Source of the DNA: Callorhinchus milii
Taxonomy: Eukaryota
Direction of reading: 5' to 3'
Length of the DNA stretch: 64,000 nucleotides
NCBI RefSeq assembly: GCF_018977255.1
Contig: NW_024704743.1
Coordinates: 101,992,001 to 102,056,000 of the forward strand
Part shown: positions 12,731 to 24,017 of the stretch, one piece after another
Layout of the letters: each line of letters opens with the position of its first letter
Position numbering within the stretch: the first letter of the stretch is position 1
Notes under the pieces: generated by a model
The model's input: only the letters and a program-made list of their open reading frames with translations
The model's database searches: none
Told to the model about the DNA's origin: nothing
Translations under genes and position numbers: made by a program

Positions 12731-12938
12731 CTATAAATATAGTTTCACTTTATGTGGAAACCAAAGGGTTAACTTTCTCTGAGCAGCCTGTGCTGGTCAG
12801 CATGAAGCAATGAGTGTTTGTTTGTTAACACAAATCAGAGTGTGAGCATTCAGTGAATTTAAATGGCTACAGTCAGTGATTTTTAAAGTTGCTGTGCTGT
12901 ATAAATTTATTTTCTCTTGTTTTTTCAATGAACCCATC

Positions 12939-15000
12939 CTACTCTCTCTCTCTTTCTCTCTCAACTTTTGTTAATCTCTTTATTTGAGGGAACAGCATTT
13001 TGACCTTTCCGGACTCCTCACAAGTATCAAGGAGACTAAACTGTTTGAAGGCTTTCAGATTAGCCAAAAAGTCATCTCCCTGTTTGGTCTGGAGGCATAT
13101 TGGTGAGACACAAGGATCTATACATTGCTCAATCAGTTGTCTCACTGTTTTTAACTCCTTCTGTAATCTTTCAAATTCAGAAGTCACCATTTGTCCCAAT
13201 CTTTCTTCAAAATTTGACTCTTTAATACTTTTCTTAGTTTCACCTTTACAATCCTTCGGTATTAGTGGTTTTGACATTGGATTTGAGTTCATCCCTTTAA
13301 CCTTGCCCCTTCTTTTACCTGAATTAATTTATCCTTTTATGTCTTTTAAACCTTGCAGTGAACCCTTGTTCTCCTGTACTTTTACATTTTTTTTCCTCCA
13401 CTAAGGCTGCTACTTGTACTTTAAGTCTGTCCACTTCTTCATCTTTCTCACGTTTAGAACTGGAGGTTTTACTGATTCAAAGACCGCCTCCAGTCACCTG
13501 CTGGAGGGCTAATAAGACAGTCAATCTATCCATCATATTAGCTAGGTTAATTTGTTCCTCCTCTTTAGCATTAGGTGTCATGTTTATTTCTTCCCTACAC
13601 TCTTTTGCCGAGTGGCGTTGCTGGCCGCATCTGCGACATTTGTTATAATCATTTGTCTGGTTATCGGTCTGCCTGCCCGTGAATGTGCCATTATCGTAAT
13701 TTCTTCGGGGTTCTCGGGGATGGTAACCTCTGCCCTTACATCTGTTTTGGCCATAGTAACCCCCGTTTCCTTTCCTTTCCATACTCCCTCTAGCTCCAGA
13801 GTTAAAGTTCCTAGCCTGTCTTCGATGGTGGAGACATTTGTGGAGTCCTGCAGCTCAGTGGTTAGAGCACTCACTTTGCAAGTGAGAGATCTGAGTTCAA
13901 TCCCAGGCAGGGTGAAACCTTGGGCAAATTTCCTTACTCCACACGCCTAATAATAATCCCTCCAAAACCAAAAACAATAATAAATTGGTCATTTTCAATC
14001 TACGACTGTTTGTGGGACATTGCTGTGCGCAATTGGCTGCTGCGTTCGCCCACAAATATACAGTCAATTCACTTTACAGTGTATTCTGTGAAGCGCTTTG
14101 GGACGTCCTCCCAACGTGAAAAACGCTATATCAAATGCAAGGATTATTATTATTATTATAATACGTTTCCCTGCCTTTCTTTTGTTTGCTAGTGTTACTT
14201 TGGACAAAATGTGCTCCCAAGTGTCAGTTTGATCGACCGAGACTCCCAACGCATCTGATACTGCGGGCAACAGCCATGCGAGAAATCCTTTTTTGTAGGC
14301 TACCGGTTCCTTGGCCCCTTCTCTGTCTGGTTCGTCACTCTCTGAGTTTTTATGAAAAGTTCAATCAGACGCTCATGAAAGACCAAGAGGTGTTCGTTTT
14401 TTTTCTGTTTAACCATTCATGTACTGATCCCAGGTGGTGCCCTTCCCCAGTGCCTCCTGTATTATTTCCATAAATTCAGTGTTTAACTTTAACTGCAGTG
14501 TTAAAAGCGTAGCGGGGAATTTTTGCTTTTAGTGATTGGGTCAATGCGTTTACCAGGACCCTCTTTATATCATCATTCTCTAATTCTAGGTAACAATCGG
14601 TTAGCAATTGCCCACAGCGGTATATGCCCATTGAATATATTTGTTCCGTGATAGGTCCCACCTCTTTCACACAGGTATTGCATTCGTCTGGTGTCAGAAT
14701 TCTAGTTCTAATCAACCTGTCCGTGGAGGTAACATTCCCCTTTTTATCACCCCTTTTTGTCGGGATGTCAGTCTTGACCCGGGTGGATTTCTCGGCTACC
14801 GAAATTTGTTTCGCGATTACCGTGGGTTCCCTTTCCTCATAGCTTAGTGTTTTTATGCTCTCTGGCTCCCATTGGTCAAAAGGTTCATCTAAATCGGGAT
14901 CTTCTCTGGTAATTGCGCATACCTCCGCCTGTTTATTGCGCAATGTTTGCTGGAGGCGCCTTATTTCTGCCTGACATTCCTGGTGATCTATCGGATTCAT
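12939..15000 (-). pseudogene. gag: Degenerate gag (possibly with the start of a protease), interrupted by a SINE
   Basis: ORF 14476-15000; MHR-like QKKNEHLLVFHERL at ~14370-14410; RG-rich segment plus CX2CX4HX4C knuckle (CRRCGQQRHSAKEC); coiled-coil-like tail; LLDTC at ~13030. Confidence 0.8.
13840..14162 (+). mobile_element. Young tRNA-derived Deu-SINE inserted in gag
   Basis: Full length; flanks ACATTT (13834-13839) / ACGTTT (14163-14168). Confidence 0.92.
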
Positions 15001-15012
15001 TTATGTTAAATG

Positions 15013-15090
15013 TTCTCTTAACGTTTTAAACTAATATTTTATAATTGCTATAATGTGTTATAATTTCTATATATTTCAGTCAATCTAACA
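15013..15090 (-). repeat. Residual 78 bp of the 5' LTR
   Basis: Matches 11324-11401 at 75/78 positions; the rest of the LTR, PBS and leader are absent. Confidence 0.85.
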
Positions 15091-18000
15091 GTGGGAAGCC
15101 AGTGGAGTCGGGCAAGGATGGGAGTGATAGGGTCACGGAGCCTGGAGCGGAAGAGGATACAGGCTGCAGGGTTCTGGATGATCTGCAGCCTAGGAGGGAG
15201 GAGTTGGGGAGGCCAACAAGCAAGGAGATTGCATAGTCAAGCCTCGATGTAATGAATGCGTGTGTGAGGATTTTGGCGGCCTGCGGTGTGAGATAGTGGC
15301 GGAGCCGGGTGATGTGGCAGAGGTAGGGGAAGGCAGAGTGGATTATGGCATGGATGTGGGGTAGAAAGAATAGGTGAGGGTCAAGCAAGACGCCAAGTTT
15401 GCGCACTGGCTTACTAAGGTGGAGTGTGCAATCATGGATGGTAATGCTGTCATCGTCTGAGGTGAGGAGGCGCTAATGGGAGCTAATCAGAAGAGCCTCA
15501 GTCTTGTTGAGGTTCAACTTAAGAAAGTTATCTCTCATCCAAGACTTTATGTCTGCCAAACATTCTGTCAGGACAGCAGTGATCCTGCAGTCAAGGGTGG
15601 AGGCAGAGAGCTATAGTTGGGTGTCATCCGCATACATGTGGAAGTTGATCCCATGTCTGCGGATGATGACACCAAGAGGGAGCATATAAATATATAAGAG
15701 GAGGGGACAAAGACCAGAGGCCTGAGGAATGTTGCACAAGATGCTGCAGGGGCTAGAGGAGAAACCGTTTGTGGAGATGAAGTACAGGCAGTGTGAGAAG
15801 TACGATCTGAACCAATCAAGGACAGAGCTATAAATGTTGAGGTGGGAGCAGATTCGGTGGATGAGGATATAGTAGTCAATGGGGTCGAAGGCAGCAGAGA
15901 GGTCAAGAAGGACGAGGAGGCAGAGGAAGCCCGGGTCGCAGATGGACAGAATGTGTTTTTTCACTTTGACCTGGGCTGTTTCTGTGCTATTGGAAGCACA
16001 GAAACCCAATTGGAGGAGTTTGTGAAGGAAGTGGTGGGAGAGGAATGAGCGAAGCTGCGAAGCAACAACTCGTTCCAGGACCTAGGAGAGGAAAGGAAGG
16101 TTGGAGATGGGGTAGTAATTTTGAAAGCAGTAGTGGGTCCAGGGAGGGACTTTTAAGGATAGTAGTGATGATAGCCATTTTTAGTTCAGTTGGGAACAAT
16201 AACAGCAGACAGGGAGAGGTTCATGATGTCTGTGAGTAGAGGGGCAAGGAGGTGGAGCTGGGAGGCAAGGAGAGGGGTAGGGATGCGGTCGAGAGTGAAG
16301 GTGGTCAGTTTCATGCGGGTTATAGTAGTAGTGAGAGAGGAGTGGGAGACAAGTTTGAAGGTGTGGAGGGAGGGATGGGTAGGGTCCAGTTTGAGAGGGG
16401 GAGATGGGGAGGATCCCCTCAACTTTGGATTCGAGTCCAGCATCGCCTCACAGTTGGTGTTGGAGGTGAGGATGGGTGAGGAGTGAGGGTATAGGGGGAG
16501 GAGCCGGTTGGTGATGGAGAAGAGGAGCCTGGGGTTGTCCTTGGCTTCCAAGATTGTCTTGGAGTAGAACGACGATTTAGCAGAGGCGAGGGCGGAACAG
16601 TAGGATTTGATAAGGTTCAGCAGGATCTGCCGATGGACCACTAAATTCAATTTAAGCCAGGTGCATTCAGCGGCACGCATCTTTGCTTTGAGGGAGCAGA
16701 GGCGGTTGGTGTACCATGGTGACTTATGTGAGTAGTAGATGGCTCAGGAAATGAGGGGAGCAAGGAAATCGAGAGTGGAGGAGAGGGAGCTGTGGAGAAG
16801 ATAAAGATAGGTCATTGCGGAAGGAAGCCCAGAGGGAAGAAGTTATGATTACTCCAAGGCAGCCAAGAGAGGGAAGGGGAGATTTTTTTCCAAGGGTGGT
16901 AGGAGATGGAGGTGGGTTGGGTGGCGGTGGGGAGTGGGATTGACCAGTTAAAGAAGATGGTGATGGTCCGCGATTGCTTTGTTGATGATGGTGAGGTCCG
17001 AGGCGATGAGGCCTCAAGTGATCACCAGGTCAAGGGGGTAATCGCTGATGTGGATGGTGGAGTGGATATGGAGGGAAAGATTGAGGGAGGAGAAGTCAGC
17101 AGAGGTAGAGCAGGAGAGGGTGAAGTGAATATTGAAGTCGCCTAGGATGAGGAGGCATTCGGAGCAGAGGGAGAGGGAAGATGGGAGGATGTAAATGTCA
17201 GGAGGAAGGTGGGGGAGGGCTTGCAGGGGGCAATAGATAAGGGGAATTTTGAGGGAAACATTGGAAGGTTGATAAAGGATAAAGTGCTCAAAGGAGGGGA
17301 AGGTTCCAGTGGAGTAAGGGGATAGGCTGAGTGGCGACTGGGAGATGAGAGCCACACCGCCACCGGTGGCGGTTAGTTTGTGGGGTATGATGGAAGGTGT
17401 AGCTGGTTGATGTGGCCTCTGTCAGGGGAAAGATGTCACCTGGCGTGATCCAGGTTTCAGTGAGGGCGAGCATGTTGATGTTTTCGTTGTCAGTGAGGTC
17501 TTGGATGGAGAGTGTTTTATTGGAGAGGGAGCGGACATTTTGTAGGCCGATGCGGAGAGGTCACTTGCTAGTGGAATGTGAGGGGCAGTGGGGGAGGGTG
17601 TGGACTGACAGGAAGGGTGGGGATATGGATGAGGGAGGAGAGATTTGCCCCCGTGGTCAGGGACCGATGGGCATTGTGGCAAGAATAGGGGATAGGGTAG
17701 TCAGCGTGGCTGCTGTTAGACAGCCAGCAGCGTCTGCCATGGTGGGCCTGATGGAGGATTCGCAGTCTGGAGCAGAGGGAGGCTGTGGGACGGTGAAGCG
17801 GAGATAGAGTTGGGGAGGGTGGTGGGAAAGGAGGACCAAGCGGGAGCAATGGAGGGTAGAGGACAGGGATGGGAGCATTTTGGGGAAGCAGCTTGGTTTG
17901 GTGGCAGCAGCCAAAATGTGCACGCGAAGACTGAGAGTAAACAGTGGGGATGGAGAGTGTGGGGGTATCAGCGAGGCATGGTTAGCCCGCTGGCATGGAT

Positions 18001-18403
18001 CATCATGGGGAGAGGGGACAATCTTATAGTCCCAATGGGTCCTGGCTGAGAAATTCAAAGGTGGCGGGCAGATGTGACATCAGCAGCAGGTCTCTGTTTG
18101 GATGTTCACCAGGAGAGTCAGCAATGGCGGAGAATCCCACGTTGGCTCCGTGCAGCTCAGATAGTTGGGCCTCGGTCCCCGCATTGAATCTGGACGCCGT
18201 TGGGAGCATCGGACTCTACACCGGTGCTGGCATCGAGCCGCGCTCGGCCTCGCTTGCATGTAAGCCAAGGGCCTGGCTCCAGGCGTCGAGTTGAAACCTC
18301 GCTTCAGGGACGAATTAAATCTCGCTCCAGGGTTTTTCCCCTGCTTCTGCAATCGTGTTTGGCGACCTCCTCACTATTCCAGCCTCTAGCCTTCTGCCAT
18401 CTT
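15091..18403 (-). mobile_element. 5' part of a near full-length L2 LINE (GC-rich 5' region, APE endonuclease, RT)
   Basis: LALTETW, ILGDFNIH, PLDLVIT (APE); LVLLDLSAAFD, YADDTQL (RT); frameshifted; putative 5' end reads AAGATGGC. Confidence 0.92.
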
Positions 18404-18414
18404 AATATTGAATG

Positions 18415-18762
18415 ACAAAAGGTTCTAGGTTTAAGCTCCAGGTTGAGGCTTTGAGCTCACAGTTATATCACACTCTAATGCATTGTTGGAAGGGGCCATC
18501 CATCAGATGGGACATTAAACCAAGGTCCTGTCTGCCTGATACAGTGGATGTTAAAGATTTGCATGGCACTATTAAAAAAAAAGGGAGTTTCTCCCAGGGT
18601 CCTGGCCAACAATTCTCCAGGTAAAATTAGTCATTCACTTCATGCTGTTTGTGGGACAAAGAAAATACTCAGTTACTACACCCTACACACAATCCTGTGA
18701 AGAACTTTGAAACATTTCAAAGATATGATAATGTGCTGTATCAAAGGCAAGAATAATAATTA
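18415..18762 (+). mobile_element. Older Deu-SINE, degraded
   Basis: GGACATTAAACC, GTGGATGTTAAAGAT..CATGGCACTATT and GCTGTTTGTGGGAC motifs. Confidence 0.7.
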
Positions 18763-20539
18763 TAAGCTGTTTTTTCCTTCCCAAGGAAGAATTTTTTTGT
18801 TTTTTGTGACTTTTTAAGATTTAAATTTTGGGATAAAATCAACGTATATTTTCTGGCTTCAATTTCTCCAGCATTTCCTCTGCACAGCGGGCCACTGAAA
18901 TGTTATTCGTTCTGTGTGGCAGGTTTCATACCGTTGGTCTTGCTTTAAAAATCAGCAGGGCTCAGTGACTTCTCACAACCCAAAAGTTTCGGCTTAAATG
19001 TCTTTGAAACCTTTACTTAAATTGTGCTGCAAAACAGAGACGCGCATCACTTCCTGAAGTGCTGGGTAGATTTACCAGTTAAAACGTTAACCTTTAGCTC
19101 TGAGTCTAAAATTATTGATTTCAAATCCCAAGTCCTTTGAACTCAACAGCATGTAGTTCATATTGATTGTATAATTTCATCACAGTGGTATTCTCATGCA
19201 TTTTTGAATCAGTTCTCAATGAATGCCATAAATTCACTGGCAGATTAAAGCTACCCTCTAATACCATGTATTCAGGCTAGAGTAATGTAAATTGCAACAT
19301 CATCTCATTGGATGCCTTTATAAAATGGCCTGATGCTGTGATGAAAAGATGATATGGTGGGTATTCTGGAATGCAGGTCACCATGTTTCTGTATTCGAGC
19401 AAACTTACTTTATCTGCCAAGGCAAATCCCTTCTGTACCTATATTTTAATAGCCGGAAAACTATTTAACATTCAGTGAACCTTGGTAGCAATTCCATATC
19501 AGCAGCATTCAAAAAACATGTCAATGGCTGCTTTCTGATGTTGCTTCCTGTGGAATGAGGATGATGTCCCTCCCTATGGTCAGTGTCTGTAGGAGAAGGT
19601 AGAAATTCTCTCTGGGTCTAGATTTACTCTATTTAAGTCACATTTCATAGCCAACATAATTTAGCAAATTGTTCAATTCCATTCTAGATTTTGAAGTTCG
19701 TTTTCTATTGCTCTTGAAAGAAACTTGCAGAAAACTGGCTTCAAAATTAAGGCTGCTTTTAAGAACTTTACTATAGTCTGGACCCACTGGAATGCAAGAT
19801 TAAGAGAGTAAATCAAGACTCAGGTGGAATTTCTACCAGCATGCATTGTATCTGAATACAGGAAAACTGTCAGGTCAGCTAAAATAAAAAGTTAAAGGAT
19901 GACCCTGGTGTATCAACTGTCGGGATGAATAATGGGAAACCTGTTTTGATCATTGAAGTGTAAAGACTATTGTCAAAGGAATCACAAAGTACTGGCTGGT
20001 GCAAAAGCACAGAATGTTAATGCCAAAATGTCAGAATCAAATTTTTAGGCTTCAAATATATTTTAGGAGCATCTGTGTCAATGCAAATGTTGCCAATAAT
20101 CCAATAAATCAGTTTCACACTTTTTTTCTCCAGTTGACTTCTCTGAAAAACTGATCTGAGAAGAATTCAGGTAGACTAAAGTTGCACAGTAACTTTTTCA
20201 ATAGTTGAGCCCTTCTTTATTCCATGGAGGTGGTGCACCGGCTCACATCAAATGTTTCTGCACAGTTCATGATGAACCATAGAAATGCATGACACAGTGG
20301 GAGGCCATTTGGTCCATTAGATGTGATTTTTCATGACACAAAAATAACAGAACAATATACCATCCTTCAAAAAGCAATGTTTTCACAGTCTCACTGGTCT
20401 TCTGTGGAAGGATCCATAATAAAGCAGCTTTATCAAACAGCGAGGTTATGAAGCCTCTTGGATTTTGACTAATTCCAAATACACATTGTAATTATCACTA
20501 CAAAGCCCTGATAGTGCTTCAAGTTTATTCATCAGCTAG

Positions 20540-20725
20540 TTTTGAGCTCTACTCTCCCTCAAACCCTCCGCTTTAGCCCCTCTCTCCTCTCTTTCAAATC
20601 TCGCCTGAAAACATATGGCCACCTCCCAACTCCCCCTGCTCGGAGTCAGGCTCCACCACTGTTAAGCTCTCTGAGACACTACCCTATGTGGAAGGCACTA
20701 TATAAGTGCAAGTTGTTGTTGTTGA
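20540..20725 (+). mobile_element. L2 3' end fragment
   Basis: SFKSRLKT remnant followed by GGAAGGCACTATATAAGTGCAAG(TTG)n. Confidence 0.7.
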
Positions 20726-21059
20726 CAGATGGACAGTGGGGAATGAGACGATTCAAAGTTCACAGCATGTCTTCCTCTGTGATATAATTTTGTGACCTTA
20801 TTTCTCTATCAACTTTTACATATAACACCAACAAATTTATATAGTGCCTTTCATGTCAGGAGGATGTCCCAAAGTCCAATGGCATGTATCTGTGACTTGA
20901 GAGAGCTGGTGTACCAGGGGACTTGTGGAGTAGGAGGCGGGTAATAGCATCAGCTAAAACTTTCCAGGAGTTATTCTGTCACTAAAGTACTGTACTGTGT
21001 AAGAATTTCATTTCCTTTTATCAGAAAGCTCTCTTCACAGTGTGTCAACCCTGTACTGG

Positions 21060-21310
21060 TGTCTGCCTCACTCAATTAGAAGCTCTCACACCTCTGAGTG
21101 GGTTGTGGGATCAGCTTCCACGTCGGGATTGTTAAACTCACATAGTCTTAGGTGACACTCCAATGTAATGCTGGGAGCGTGCTGCATTATTGGTGATGCT
21201 GTCCTTCAGATAACTAATTAAACTGAGCTTTGTTTGTTTTTGCAGATGGATATTAAATATCCTGTAGAGCTACTGAAAAAGAAGGGAGTTTCTTCCATTG
21301 TCCTCGATTA
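21060..21310 (+). mobile_element. Older SINE, degraded
   Basis: Same head and body motifs as the 4405 and 25765 copies. Confidence 0.6.
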
Positions 21311-21374
21311 ATATAAATGGTTATATAGAATCCATTCCTAAATATTTGCATGAATGTAAACCGATGCTTCTTGG

Positions 21375-21443
21375 GACCAGCGCCTTGGGACGTCCTCCTG
21401 ACGTGAAAGGCGCTTTATAAATGGAATCTTGTTGTTGTTGTTG
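21375..21443 (+). mobile_element. Very short L2 3' end insertion
   Basis: CAGCGCCTTGGGACGTCCTCCTGACGTGAAAGGCGCTTTATAAATGGAATC(TTG)n. Confidence 0.8.
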
Positions 21444-22015
21444 CTTCTACCAAGATGGAAGTAAAAGACAAGTTTCAGAATAATATTGAAAATAACAGCA
21501 GCAAGTGTTAACGGGAGAAAACTCATGGAAAAGGTATGACTTCAGGTTCTCAAATTTAATGCAAATATAGGAAAAATGCACCTTCAATCAAGCAAAGAAG
21601 GGCAAGCTGATTGTCTCCTTATCTTACTCACCACAGACATTAGCATTCAGTCCAGGTAATTCAGCCAGAATGGAAGCTGAACACACATTAGATGTCGCCT
21701 CAAAATTGAGATTGAAACCTCTGACTCCAGTCGTTTAATTAATAACTGACCAAAGTCCTGAATGCTAAATTGACTTGTCATTCCTCGTGTTCATTTATGT
21801 AGACAGGAGAATTAAATCACTGCAAATTGCATAAAAATACAGTAAGAAAAATAAAATACTCCATGAATAATCAATGCTTTGTAAGTACATGACATGCCAA
21901 CATAATGTGGGGTCTTGATCAGCCCTTGAGGTTAGGATACTTTAATTAATTAGAATTACTTTAAATTGATGTACTAGGTGTCAACCCCACAGCCAAATTA
22001 CTTTCTCTTTAATAG

Positions 22016-22174
22016 TTCAACAAAAATTATGGTTCAATGGGAAATTCACTCAGCACAGCAGAATTTCCATAGCAGAACAGTTAGTTGTGGTATAGTCGCA
22101 AACTTCGATTACAATGATGAAGAGCAGACAACACATATCTTTATTGTAACTGAGGCAACCACAGTGGAGTCAAG
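22016..22174 (+). other. Candidate exon of an unidentified transcript
   Basis: ctttctctttaatag acceptor; one frame open (STKIMVQWEIHSAQQNF...EATTVES); tandem donors gtgatt / gtaagt. Confidence 0.3.
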
Positions 22175-22204
22175 GTGATTGTAAGTATTTTGTTGAAGGA
22201 TATT

Positions 22205-22418
22205 AATAATAATCCCTCCAAAACAAAATAATAATAAATTGGTCATTTTCAATCCACGACTGTTTGTGGGACACTGCTGTGCACAATTGGCTACTGTGTT
22301 TCACCCACAAATATACGGTCAATTCACTTTACAGCATATTCTGTGAAGCGCTTTGAGACATCTAGAAGACGTGAAAAGCGCGATATCAAACGCAAGGATT
22401 ATTATTATTATTATTATT
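22205..22418 (+). mobile_element. 5'-truncated young Deu-SINE
   Basis: Deu core plus AAATGCAAGG-like motif and (ATT)n tail. Confidence 0.85.
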
Positions 22419-23019
22419 AAGGAGTATCAGACAATTAAATGGTGATAGGCATGAGCAAAAATGCAGCAAAATCCTGGCCAAGAATCCCATGAATAATATC
22501 GATCACTCATATAAGGCCTTTCTGCGGGACATCCCTGTGTGCAAATTAGCTGCCGCAAAATACAATCACTACATTTTACAATAAACAACAATAATAATAA
22601 TCCTTGCATTTGAAACAGCACCTTATCACACCAGTGAAGTAAACACTTTGAGATGACCTCCTGACATGAAAGATGACTACATCAAATGCAAGAATGTTTT
22701 TTTAATTAATTTTACGTTTTTGTGAAGAATACATAATAGAGTGGAGAAAAACTTCAAGATGTTTCCTACCAGACGCCATCTGTAGAGGATGCATTATAGA
22801 ACCTATGAAACATCACATTTTCCTAACTATTTCTTGGTGTGTATCTCACCAATCCTTACCCCCTCTCCCCCATAACTGTAAAGCAATGTTCATTCTTGCC
22901 CCAAATAAAGTGTATATATATATATTATATATAGCACTTGCAAAAATAATGTTCTTTTTTCACAACTGATACATGTGGAAACCCATCAACATGCTTAAAA
23001 GTATCCAAGCTAAATTGAG

Positions 23020-24017
23020 ATTTGCTCCCTTTTGGGGATGTCATCCGCAGACATGGGGTACATTTCCACATGTACACAGACGACACCCAATTCTATTTTT
23101 CCACCTCTCTTTACGACCCCTAGACCCCTGATGTTCTGTTAGCCTGCCTGTCAGATCTTAGGGTTGGATGAGCGCGAATTTTCTTCAGCTGAACGTTGAC
23201 AAGATGGAAGCCATACTCTTTGGCTCTCGTCAATGTCTAAAATCTCACGGCTTTCACCTCCTCCATCTATCCGACCTCCCCCTAAAAATCTCCGAACCCG
23301 TATGCAACCTAAGCGTCAGGTTCGACCTCAAATTATCCTTCCTCCCCCACATCCGATCCCTGACCAGCACCGTCCTCTTCCACCTCCGACGCATCGCTGG
23401 TCTTCGCCAATACCTCACTCCGAAAGCCGCTGAAACCCTGGTCCATGCCTTTGTCACCTCTCGGCTGGACTATTCTAACGCCCTCCTCGCCGATATCCCA
23501 TCCACTACCATCCATAAAATCCAGATCATTCAAAACTCTGCCGCCTGCATTCTCACCCGCACCAAACTCTGCTGTCCAATCACCCCAGTCCTTGCCAGAC
23601 TGCACTGGCTGCCTGTCCCAGAGAGGATCGATTTCAAGATCCTCACCCTCGTATTCAAATCCCTCCATTCCTCTGCATGCCCCTACCTCTCTGACCTCCT
23701 CTCTCCTCAAAACAGTACCCATTGCCTTTGTTCCTCCGGGTCTGGCCTCCTCCTTGTCCCCCGAGTCCTCCACTCCACCCTCGGTTGTCGTGCATTCAGC
23801 CACTATGCTCCGAGGCTCTGAAATTCCCTTGGTCGCTCCCTTCACCTCGCCCCCTCTCTTCCTATTTTCAGGTCTCTGCTGAAGACCTTTCTCTTCAACT
23901 GCGCCTTTGATCACCTTCCTCCCCCTCCCCCTGGCACGGCCCCGGGATCCGTTACTGTGAAGCACTCTGAGACGCCGTCCGGCGTGGAGGACATTATATA
24001 AATCCAAGTTGTGGTTG
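23020..24017 (+). mobile_element. L2 3' fragment (RT C-terminus to tail)
   Basis: ORF 23168-23821 (NFLQLNVDK...AFVTSRLDYSN...LHWLPV...RAFSHYAPRL) and L2 tail. Confidence 0.92.

Larger units (their letters stand above)
10760..15090 (-). mobile_element. Non-autonomous LTR retroelement (ERV/Gypsy-like): gag remnant, no pol
   Basis: TGTT...AACA termini; 78-bp LTR end repeated (11324-11401 vs 15013-15090, 3 mismatches); PPT; near-TSD GTGT/GTGG; gag ORFs; clean insertion into L2. Confidence 0.88.

Noticed and set aside
13020..13040. LLDTC as a retroviral protease active site
   Set aside because: DTG is not intact and the flap and GRD motifs are missing; kept only as a possibility
13920..14192. 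Recurrent ORF MGKFPYSTRLIII... (also at 53382, 55511, 60070)
   Set aside because: Translation of the SINE, not a gene family
15500..18400. Many overlapping Gly/Arg-rich and Pro/Ser-rich ORFs
   Set aside because: Off-frame or antisense readings of the C-rich L2 body
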